Below are positions 1 to 6,966 of a stretch of DNA of 12,152 nt, one piece after another; the stretch's first letter is position 1; each line of letters starts with the position of its first letter. The stretch is from an uncultured archaeon (GTDB lineage: Archaea; Asgardarchaeota; Lokiarchaeia; Sigyniarchaeales; SOKP01). Location of the stretch: positions 1-12,152 of the forward strand of contig CAZDTP010000086.1 of assembly GCA_964508365.1 (NCBI GenBank). The letters run 5' to 3'. Under the pieces are notes generated by a model. That model was given only the letters and a program-made list of their open reading frames with translations. It was not told where the DNA came from and did not search any database. The translations under genes and the position numbers were made by a program.

Positions 1-176
1 CATTCTCTGCAACTAAAGAAGTAGGCTCTGGAATGCTCTTTGGCGAGGTAGATGCAACTTCCGCTTACATGGCCGGTGATATTACCGTAGAAGGTAATTT
101 ACAAGATGCTATGGCCTTTCAAGAGATTATTGAGTTAGCCTTAGAGGCTTACGAAGATTTAGCTGAAGATTTATAA
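1..176 (+). CDS. SCP2 sterol/lipid-binding domain protein, C-terminal part (5'-truncated by window edge)
   Basis: Not in the ORF track. Reading from position 3 gives FSATKEVGSGMLFGEVDATSAYMAGDITVEGNLQDAMAFQEIIELALEAYEDLAEDL* (TAA 174-176). The 'G..D...AYM.G.I.VEGNL..AM' pattern matches the C-terminal half of SCP2 domains. Confidence 0.8.
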   Translation, partial: FSATKEVGSGMLFGEVDATSAYMAGDITVEGNLQDAMAFQEIIELALEAYEDLAEDL

Positions 177-225
177 AAAGTCTATAATTTAACCAGTGTA
201 AAACCTTTCGCGAAATCTCTATCTA

Positions 226-242
226 TTTTTTTTTATTTTTTT
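226..242 (+). terminator. Oligo-T archaeal terminator after the SCP2 gene
   Basis: T9-A-T7 tract about 50 nt downstream of the TAA at 176. Confidence 0.55.
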
Positions 243-245
243 AAT

Positions 246-1508
246 TCAAATTTTTTTCTTGATAGCTTCAACTTTAAAGACTTTATCATTTTTTTTTACT
301 GGTTTATCCACTAGAATACCCACTGTTAATCGGTCGTTTTTAGTTTTAATCCGAGGTGTTTCAGTTAAGTGTTGTTTTTGTTTTATTTGTAATGAGGTAA
401 TTTTTTGTCTTAAATAAGTATCCGTATGTGTGCCAATTATAAATATTTCGTCATTGACTTTTAAGCTTCCTTTTGTTAACAAGATTTTAGCTGCTTTTTT
501 ATCCGGAAAGTAAGAGAGTACTTTTCCAACTTCTACTTTTTTAAAATCGGAAATGTTACCGTCATGTTCTCTTTGAATTTCGCTACCCTTAGGTTGCCCA
601 AAGTAAAAACCCGTTGAGAATCCTCTGTTGTAAACTTTATTTAACCGTTTTAACCATTCATTGACTTTATCTTGTGTAAAGGATTTCTCATAGTAAGCAA
701 TAATCGCTTCTTTATAGCACGAAGTCGTTTCTTCTATATATATTGGATCCCGCATTCGCCCTTCGATTTTAAAAGCGTCTATACCGGCTTCTATTAAAAG
801 GGGGATATATTCGATCATGCATAAGTCTTTAGAATTAATGAAAAAGACTCCATCGTAGAGGAATTCGTTTGACTGATCATCATATACTCGCCACATTCTC
901 CTACATGGCTGAACGCATCTACCTCTATTAGCTGAATATTCCTGAGAGCCACAAATTTCCGCTGAAAAGTAACATCGTCCCGAAATAGAGGTACATTGGG
1001 CGCCATGAACAAATATTTCAATTTCAGCCTTGTGAATTTTACTTTTAATATCTTTAATCTGATCCAGAGATAATTCTCTAGCAAGAATTAACCGTTCTGC
1101 TCCTAATTTTTCGTAAAATCCGGCTGTTCGAGAGTTTGAAATATTTGCTTGAGTTGAAATGTGGAAAGATAAACCCTTTTCTTTAATCATTTCAATTACT
1201 CCAATGTCGTGAACGATAATTGCGTCTATGTTTGCTCTAACAGCAGTATCTAAAACCTCATTAAGGAGGGCAAATTCGTTTTCATACATTATTACATTCG
1301 TGGTCAGATAAGCTTTAATATTGTTCTGGTGACATTTTTTCACTATGTTTTCTAAATTTTCGAGTCTGAAATTATCACTAAACATTCTCATGTTAAAGGC
1401 TTCAACACCGAAATAAACCGCGTCAGCTTTACCTAAAACTGCGTTTAAAGATTTGGCATTTTTTAGTGGTGCCATTAGTTCTACTTTCTTTTGCTTGATT
1501 TCTGGCAT
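246..1508 (-). CDS. Peptidase U32 family protein (TrhP/YegQ-like Fe-S hydroxylase) with C-terminal U32_C-like beta domain
   Basis: 420 aa. Contains ELMAP, ADAVYFG..FNMR, HISTQANISN, LILARELSL, EIFVHGAQCTSISGRC..S..SANRGRCVQPCR (four conserved Cys), SKDLC, FKIEGR and YNRGFSTGF. The C-terminal VGKVLSYF..LKVNDEI segment and the length fit TrhP-like rather than the longer RlhA type. Confidence 0.9.
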   Translation of the reverse strand: MPEIKQKKVELMAPLKNAKSLNAVLGKADAVYFGVEAFNMRMFSDNFRLENLENIVKKCHQNNIKAYLTTNVIMYENEFALLNEVLDTAVRANIDAIIVHDIGVIEMIKEKGLSFHISTQANISNSRTAGFYEKLGAERLILARELSLDQIKDIKSKIHKAEIEIFVHGAQCTSISGRCYFSAEICGSQEYSANRGRCVQPCRRMWRVYDDQSNEFLYDGVFFINSKDLCMIEYIPLLIEAGIDAFKIEGRMRDPIYIEETTSCYKEAIIAYYEKSFTQDKVNEWLKRLNKVYNRGFSTGFYFGQPKGSEIQREHDGNISDFKKVEVGKVLSYFPDKKAAKILLTKGSLKVNDEIFIIGTHTDTYLRQKITSLQIKQKQHLTETPRIKTKNDRLTVGILVDKPVKKNDKVFKVEAIKKKI

Positions 1509-1585
1509 TTTATTGTTATTAATGGTTAAAATTTAATTATTATAATTTGAATTAAATTAATTTATACTCGATAGAAATTAATGAC

Positions 1586-1602
1586 AAAAAGAATAAAAAA
1601 AA
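1586..1602 (-). terminator. Oligo-T terminator after htpX
   Basis: Minus strand reads T8-ATTC-T5, starting about 14 nt after the htpX stop. Confidence 0.5.
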
Positions 1603-1615
1603 TTGCTTGTATTTA

Positions 1616-3334
1616 TTAAAGAACTGCAAACCACAAATAGAAGAGGAAAGCGCCTATTATAAAGAATAATACTGCTGAGATGTAAGTCATGTGTTTAGAA
1701 TAATTGCGAAATCTTTTACCGGATTCAGTCCAAATTGTGTCTACTTGAAAGTATGGGCTTGGACCTCTTCTGTACCACCCTTGAATTCTTACTTTTTGTC
1801 CTACTAATCGATCAGCTCTCGCAAGCGCCCACCAGAAATCCATAAGTCTAAACCCAAATCGGTAATCGATGTACATCAAACCTGTATTATCCTGGAAATA
1901 TAAATCCTCAGATAACCAATATCCTGCTATTCCTTTGCCTACGATTACGCCGTCAATAATGGAGGGTTTAGGACGCACAGGAGACACATTTATGGTAGTA
2001 ACTAATTCTACAACATTGTTAGGCTCAAATCCGCTCCGATACATAAAAGATGTTCTACCAATAACACTAAATCCCATAACAAAAAATCCGATAGCCCATA
2101 AAAGAACTATGGTGTTAAATGTAATGAAGGTTCCAAGGGACAATAAACCGATAAAATCTAAAACCCATACCGCTGAAAGCGCGATTAATATTATAAATAT
2201 TATGGTAGGTAATTTTTTTACGAAAAGATCAGTTATAAATTCACCAGCCATAGATTTACCTACTTGATATTCTTTGATTTTTCTTGCTTCGGAAAAATCG
2301 TATTCAATAGGAACTCCATATGTTGCACATTGTTCATTTAATCGTTGAATTCTTTTTGCAGGTAATGGATGAGTGCTGAAGATCTGAAAATATTTTGCCC
2401 AAGGATTAAAGAGATCCCACCCTGCAGCAGCTTCAACCGCGTACTTTGAAATTTGACCATTTCTATCCATAGTTTGAACAGCTACATCTTTAGCTTTCTT
2501 TGGATCAAAAATTCCTAAACCTCGTAGTGCTCTCACACTAGATTTTTGTTTCTCCTTAATCTCTGTTTCAGTTCCACTTGCTAGTAGGCCGTAAGCGATT
2601 TTGACGAGCGCTGTTGATAAATAATTTGGATTTTCAGTTAATTCAGCAGCATGTTGATCGGCGAAATATTCACGAATTCGACTTACAACCAGTGATATTA
2701 AGTAGCCGATGTAATAAGATATGTAAGAAACTACAGCTACAACAATTAGAGCTAAACCAATATAACTTCCTGCGTTGTCATCTTTAGAGCTTCTAAAACT
2801 TGAAAACCGTGCTGTATAGTAAGACCATCTGGCTATCGTTAACAATATTAAAGGAATTGCAAATACTACCGTCATTAAAATGAAATCGTTATGCACGATG
2901 TGACCTAGCTCGTGAGCAACCACGGCCCTTTGCTCGTTATCGTCTAAGTAATGTAAGATACCGTCCGTAATTACTAGTCTTGCGCTATTCTTAGACCATC
3001 CATATGTAAAAGCTTGAGGGTTCAAGTCGTGAATTATTCCCATTCGTGGGGGTTTAATTTCCCTGATTGCTACGACTTTGTCTACTGCATCAGCCAAATG
3101 AGGGTATTGGTAGGCAAACTTTTCGTATTCGATCCATTCGATTCTGTAAATCCACCCTACTATTAATGGTGAAATACCATATTGGATTAATACGATCCCA
3201 ACGGTAAGTGCTATCATTAATAGAAGTCCCAAAAGATTACTAGGTAAAAACCAGATGCCTATAATAAAAACTACGGCATACACGAGTGCAAATAGAAACA
3301 TTACTGCTAACGTAGATGCTAATTTTAATCCCAT
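1616..3334 (-). CDS. htpX: Zinc metalloprotease HtpX (M48 family), long form with extra C-terminal membrane/beta domain
   Basis: 572 aa with N-terminal TM helices, PQAFTYG, AVVAHELGHIVHND (HExxH), SRIREYFAD (third Zn ligand Glu) and FSTHP. About 230 further residues follow, with TM helices and a G.IVGKG..G...EDLYFQD.TG...IDY...V.IQGWYRR.P segment. Confidence 0.92.
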   Translation of the reverse strand: MGLKLASTLAVMFLFALVYAVVFIIGIWFLPSNLLGLLLMIALTVGIVLIQYGISPLIVGWIYRIEWIEYEKFAYQYPHLADAVDKVVAIREIKPPRMGIIHDLNPQAFTYGWSKNSARLVITDGILHYLDDNEQRAVVAHELGHIVHNDFILMTVVFAIPLILLTIARWSYYTARFSSFRSSKDDNAGSYIGLALIVVAVVSYISYYIGYLISLVVSRIREYFADQHAAELTENPNYLSTALVKIAYGLLASGTETEIKEKQKSSVRALRGLGIFDPKKAKDVAVQTMDRNGQISKYAVEAAAGWDLFNPWAKYFQIFSTHPLPAKRIQRLNEQCATYGVPIEYDFSEARKIKEYQVGKSMAGEFITDLFVKKLPTIIFIILIALSAVWVLDFIGLLSLGTFITFNTIVLLWAIGFFVMGFSVIGRTSFMYRSGFEPNNVVELVTTINVSPVRPKPSIIDGVIVGKGIAGYWLSEDLYFQDNTGLMYIDYRFGFRLMDFWWALARADRLVGQKVRIQGWYRRGPSPYFQVDTIWTESGKRFRNYSKHMTYISAVLFFIIGAFLFYLWFAVL

Positions 3335-3385
3335 TACGATTCACTAAATATTTATATTATGTTATTATATTTTTGGAAAATTTTC

Positions 3386-3408
3386 TAATTGTTTTATTAT
3401 AACAATTA
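3386..3408. promoter_or_regulatory. Palindromic operator-like site TAATTGTT-N7-AACAATTA in the htpX / ORF-X divergent intergenic region
   Basis: Perfect 8-bp inverted repeat (3386-3393 and 3401-3408). The spacer includes a TATA-like TTATAATA on the minus strand. A near-identical site lies at 7751-7773. Confidence 0.45.
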
Positions 3409-3494
3409 TGATATTCATGCAGTTATTAATAAATAATTTTATCTATTAGAATTTGTAGGTGCAGCAATTTTAGACTGATTTCGAAAAGAATAAA

Positions 3495-3542
3495 ATGAAT
3501 TATTTTATTGTTACTTTAACTAAATTTTCAATTATCGTTTAG
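3495..3542 (+). other. 15-codon upstream mini-ORF (MNYFIVTLTKFSIIV*) whose TAG overlaps the RBS of the next gene
   Basis: ATG 3495-3497, TAG 3540-3542. The stop overlaps AGGTGGT at 3541. Whether it is translated is unknown. Confidence 0.3.
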
Positions 3543-3547
3543 GTGGT
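3541..3547 (+). promoter_or_regulatory. Shine-Dalgarno-like site AGGTGGT
   Basis: Matches the archaeal GGAGGTGA consensus core. The same AGGTGGT precedes the tatD ATG (8220-8226). Here it is followed in frame by TCT ATT ATC rather than ATG. Confidence 0.6.
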
Positions 3548-3550
3548 TCT

Positions 3551-4189
3551 ATTATCGATGCTAAACTGAAGCGTTTATACGAAGCAACAGACAATCTTAT
3601 AAAGCAACAGTTTTATCAGAGTGGTAGCGACATTATCATAGGTAGAACACCAGAAATTTCAATCAAAATAAAAAACGCGGGTCAAATTATCAAGAAATTT
3701 GCGAATTTATTCAATGAAAACCTTCATCATTTCTTAGAAGGTCAATACATGAATTTTTTTAAGCCTTTTATGAAAATAAAAAGAATGGATGAGAACCACA
3801 TAAGTGAAATATATCAAGACATTCAAATTAAACTGGCAGCAATGCATGGTACCGAATTCGATGAAGTACTTATGTATACAATCGTCGTTAGTTCATTAAC
3901 AACAAGTATACGAGAGATTCAGTTTAACGATACATTACAGGAAGTCATTGTGAGAGCGAAGAAACATTCTGCTAACTTGAGTAAAAAACAAATCCAGGAT
4001 GAATTAGAAAAACTCTTCATGCGTAATAATAAAAATATATCGATTTTGTACAACTTATCTTATATTGATGCTTTAGCAGAGTCGTTTAACTATTTGAAAA
4101 CTGCTCGTATCTGCAAAATTCAAAAGAGTAAATACATTAACCGTATTGTAGATCTAGTTATAAATGCAAACGATCAAATCTCTAAATAG
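3551..4189 (+). CDS. Hypothetical protein (ORF-X, ~212 aa), probable non-AUG (ATT/ATC) start
   Basis: The ORF-track call (3749) is only the first ATG. The frame is open back to TAA 3521-3523 and reads IIDAKLKRLYEATDNLIKQQFYQSGSDIIIGRTPEISIKIKNAGQIIKKFANLFNENLHHFLEGQY before MNFFKPF. The RBS at 3541 points to ATT 3551 or ATC 3554. No recognisable domain. Confidence 0.65.
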   Translation: MIDAKLKRLYEATDNLIKQQFYQSGSDIIIGRTPEISIKIKNAGQIIKKFANLFNENLHHFLEGQYMNFFKPFMKIKRMDENHISEIYQDIQIKLAAMHGTEFDEVLMYTIVVSSLTTSIREIQFNDTLQEVIVRAKKHSANLSKKQIQDELEKLFMRNNKNISILYNLSYIDALAESFNYLKTARICKIQKSKYINRIVDLVINANDQISK

Positions 4190-4190
4190 A

Positions 4191-4211
4191 ATGGGTGCCA
4201 ACATATTCTAA
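4191..4211 (+). other. 6-codon mini-ORF (MGANIF*) whose TAA overlaps the putative ATT start of mutY
   Basis: ATG 4191 lies 1 nt after the ORF-X TAG. TAA 4209-4211 shares its last A with ATT 4211-4213 (TAATT). Confidence 0.35.
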
Positions 4212-5059
4212 TTACGGAATTTCATCAATTTTATAAGAAGAAAGGATTAAACCAAGAAGTTATAAAAACTTTTCAAACATTTATTTTTTCACATTTCAAA
4301 CAATATGGACGAGACTTTCCTTTTAGAAAAGAGATTACACCTTATAATGTGCTAGTTTCAGAATTGATGCTGCAACAAACCCAAACTAATAGGGTTAGCG
4401 AAAAATTCCAAAAATTCATCAAGAAATTTCCTGATTTTAGGGCTCTAGATAATGCACCTCTAAACGAAATTCTCAAACTATGGCAAGGTTTAGGTTATAA
4501 TCGAAGAGCAGTTGCACTTAAAAACATAGCACAAAGGGTAAATAATGAATTTGATGGGATTTTGCCAGCTGATGTTGAAATATTGAAATCTTTTCCCCAA
4601 ATTGGCCATAACACTGCCTCTTCAATAGTTGCTTTTGCGTTTAATTTACCTACATTTTTTATTGAAGTTAATATTAGGCGTGTTTTTATTTATTTCTTTT
4701 TTCCAGGTAAAACTTTAGTTGATGATAAAGATATAATGCCACTTGTAAGAAAAACATTAGAAACTGCCAATGTCCGCAATTGGTATTATGCTCTTATGGA
4801 TTATGGAGTTATGTTAAAAAAAACACATCCCGAATTGACTAAAAGAAGCACCCATTATCGGAAGCAATCAAAATTTAGAGGATCGAACAGAGAATTTAGG
4901 GGTAAGATTTTAAAGCTCTTAATCGAAAGAAAATTTTTAACTGAAGCTGAAATTCTCAAGGATTTAAATATTGAACCTAAAAAAGTAGGATCCTTACTAA
5001 ATCAATTGGCACAAGAAGGTTTCATTAATCGTAATAAGGATGGATATTTTATAGCTTAA
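4211..5059 (+). CDS. mutY: A/G-specific adenine glycosylase (MutY-like HhH-GPD), short form lacking the Fe-S motif; start probably ATT
   Basis: Conserved N-terminus YGRDFPFR...TPYNVLVSELMLQQTQ lies upstream of the ORF-track GTG (4349). Also contains W.GLGYNRRA, HhH LKSFPQIGHNTA, FIEVNIRRV and YALMDYG, with a wHTH-like tail (QSKF.GSNREFRGKILKLL). The start is uncertain (ATT 4205 or 4211). Confidence 0.85.
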   Translation: MTEFHQFYKKKGLNQEVIKTFQTFIFSHFKQYGRDFPFRKEITPYNVLVSELMLQQTQTNRVSEKFQKFIKKFPDFRALDNAPLNEILKLWQGLGYNRRAVALKNIAQRVNNEFDGILPADVEILKSFPQIGHNTASSIVAFAFNLPTFFIEVNIRRVFIYFFFPGKTLVDDKDIMPLVRKTLETANVRNWYYALMDYGVMLKKTHPELTKRSTHYRKQSKFRGSNREFRGKILKLLIERKFLTEAEILKDLNIEPKKVGSLLNQLAQEGFINRNKDGYFIA

Positions 5060-6333
5060 TTAATTTTCTTTAAGTAATTTGAGATATTTTTTGCGATTTT
5101 TTCTTGTTTTTTCCACTCACCAAAAACTAGGCCTCGTGAACTTAATTTTGAAATTGCATTTAGTACTTTCTCATCGACTTCTTTCACATCTTCGTAGGCA
5201 AACATAGTAAGTGGTAAAGGCATGAATGTGTGGGAATGAATCTTTGCTCCCATGTCAGATATTTTATAAATAAAATCTATCGTAATGTCAATATCCTCTT
5301 CTGTTTCATGTGGTAAGTTGAAAATAAAATCTACAATTGGGATAAGTCCTGCTTCTAATGTTAATTTAACTGCATTGTAAACATCACTAGTGGAATGACC
5401 TCTATGACACGAATTCAAAACCCTTTGACTTCCGGATTGGGCACCTATTACAATATTGTTGTTAGCAGCATATTTTAGTATTAAACCTAGTGTTTCTTTC
5501 GTTACATGCTCGGGTCGAACTTCTGACGGAAAGGATCCAAGGTATATCTTACCTTTCGGTTTTATTATTTTAGTTATTTCGATCAGTAATTTTTCTAAAA
5601 GAGGTATATTAAGTGTTTTGCCATCAAGTGAACCGTAAGAAAAAGCATTTGGAGTTATAAATCTAATATCTGTTTTATCGTACATTTTCATAATACTAAC
5701 AGCATTACATATTGATTTGATACTTCTATGCCGGGGAAGTGTCCCTGAAAGATAAGGGGTCTGACAAAAATAGCAAGCATAAGGACAACCTCTCGTTATT
5801 TCAAGAGATCCAAATTTTATATTTTTGACTGGAAGCGGAGGATACTTATCCAGATCGATCCATCTTCTCTTTTTTGTTGTAATTAAAATTTTATCTTTGT
5901 TAAAATAAGCAATACCTTTAATTGCGTCAAAATTTCTATTATTTTTAGCATTAAGAAGAATTTCAATTAATGTTTCTTCTCCTTCCCCCACCACAACTAT
6001 ATCGAATCCCATTTTAAGAGTTCCTTCTGGATCACCTGTTGGATGTGGACCTCCTGCAATAAATAAAACTTTCTCTTTATATTTAGCTCGTAACACTTTA
6101 AGTAAATCATTAATTTTCCATAATTGTGTTGTAAAAAAAGAGATACCTACCACAACCATTTGATGATTTTCACAAATTCTGTTCAATTTATTATTCAGAT
6201 TCTCAAAACCCCTAATAAAGTAAAGCTTGATGTCTTCCAATTCTTCTACCGTTTCTAATGCTCCTATTAACGCATTGAAACTAAAGAAATTTTTTTTTTG
6301 ATAGAAGACAACAAATGCAATTTTTTCATACAT
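5056..6333 (-). CDS. B12-binding domain / radical SAM protein (TIGR04013, MJ_1487-like)
   Basis: 425 aa. N-terminal KN..SFNALIGALE, cobalamin-binding GGPHPTG.P..TL..GFD.VV.GEGE, and EITRGCPYACYFCQTP (CxxxCxxC). Also FITPNAFSYGS, SFPSEVRPE, GAQSGS and HTFMPLP. Its stop overlaps the convergent mutY stop by 4 nt. Confidence 0.88.
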   Translation of the reverse strand: MYEKIAFVVFYQKKNFFSFNALIGALETVEELEDIKLYFIRGFENLNNKLNRICENHQMVVVGISFFTTQLWKINDLLKVLRAKYKEKVLFIAGGPHPTGDPEGTLKMGFDIVVVGEGEETLIEILLNAKNNRNFDAIKGIAYFNKDKILITTKKRRWIDLDKYPPLPVKNIKFGSLEITRGCPYACYFCQTPYLSGTLPRHRSIKSICNAVSIMKMYDKTDIRFITPNAFSYGSLDGKTLNIPLLEKLLIEITKIIKPKGKIYLGSFPSEVRPEHVTKETLGLILKYAANNNIVIGAQSGSQRVLNSCHRGHSTSDVYNAVKLTLEAGLIPIVDFIFNLPHETEEDIDITIDFIYKISDMGAKIHSHTFMPLPLTMFAYEDVKEVDEKVLNAISKLSSRGLVFGEWKKQEKIAKNISNYLKKIN

Positions 6334-6448
6334 ATTTAGCTAACACATAATAATATTATACTTGATTTCATATTTAGAATATAGAATTTATCATAAATTA
6401 AAATTATATTACAAAACCAAAGTAATAAAAATAAAATGTGAGAACAGT

Positions 6449-6898
6449 ATGCTTTTTGTAGATTTATTTGCAACAGATCCCTCTATGGTAGGTATTGCGT
6501 GGTTCGATTTTTACTCAATCGGTCACTTCTGTTTTGGAATAGCCGTTTTTCTTATTTTTAGCTTATTTTATACTGTCCCTAAACATAAAGGACATACTCC
6601 CATTTTTTCGTTATTATTTGTTTTCATCGTAACAGTGATTATTTTGATTCTGTGGGAAGTTCTTGAGTTTTTCGTGTTCCTCGATCTTGGATGGAAATTT
6701 GAAGGACGGCCCGATAGCTGGCAAAATATTACGACAGATCTTTTAATAGGTGCTTTTGGTGGAATAGTATCATGGATTTTTTGCCACGAAGTCTTTGTAA
6801 AGGATAAAAACATATGGGCATATTACATTTTCGGCATTATAGGATTAACATTATGGCTTGTTGTGTTTATGATACTACGCGCTCTTACAATACCATAG
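6449..6898 (+). CDS. Small multi-pass membrane protein with VanZ/DUF2238/DUF2585-like D..S.GH / WE..E / DS..N...D motifs
   Basis: About four hydrophobic segments with the polar motifs FDFYSIGHFCFG, LWEVLEF and DSWQNITTDL. ATG 6449 is preferred over the ORF-track start (TTG 6362), whose extension is AT-rich promoter-like sequence. Confidence 0.7.
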   Translation: MLFVDLFATDPSMVGIAWFDFYSIGHFCFGIAVFLIFSLFYTVPKHKGHTPIFSLLFVFIVTVIILILWEVLEFFVFLDLGWKFEGRPDSWQNITTDLLIGAFGGIVSWIFCHEVFVKDKNIWAYYIFGIIGLTLWLVVFMILRALTIP

Positions 6899-6924
6899 AA
6901 GACCTAAACCTATTTTATTATATC

Positions 6925-6938
6925 TTATTTCTTTTTTT
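6925..6938 (+). terminator. Possible oligo-T terminator after the membrane-protein gene
   Basis: TTATTTC followed by T7, about 27 nt after the TAG at 6898. Confidence 0.4.
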
Positions 6939-6966
6939 ACTAAAGATGTTATAAATTGAACTAGAG

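Noticed and set aside
815-1084. 89 aa minus-strand ORF from the track
   Set aside because: Alternate-frame shadow inside the U32 gene with no motifs.
1553-1564. 12-bp palindrome TAAATTAATTTA upstream of the U32 gene
   Set aside because: Pure A/T palindrome in an extremely AT-rich spacer, expected by chance, with no second copy.
1869-2267. 132 aa plus-strand ORF
   Set aside because: Antisense shadow of the hydrophobic htpX C-terminal region, with no independent signals.
5056-5059. 4-nt overlap of convergent stop codons (mutY / radical SAM)
   Set aside because: Common compact-genome feature with no further signal.
5456-5638. 60 aa plus-strand ORF
   Set aside because: Antisense to the well-supported radical SAM gene.
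6568-6813. 81 aa minus-strand ORF
   Set aside because: Antisense to the membrane-protein gene, with no motifs.
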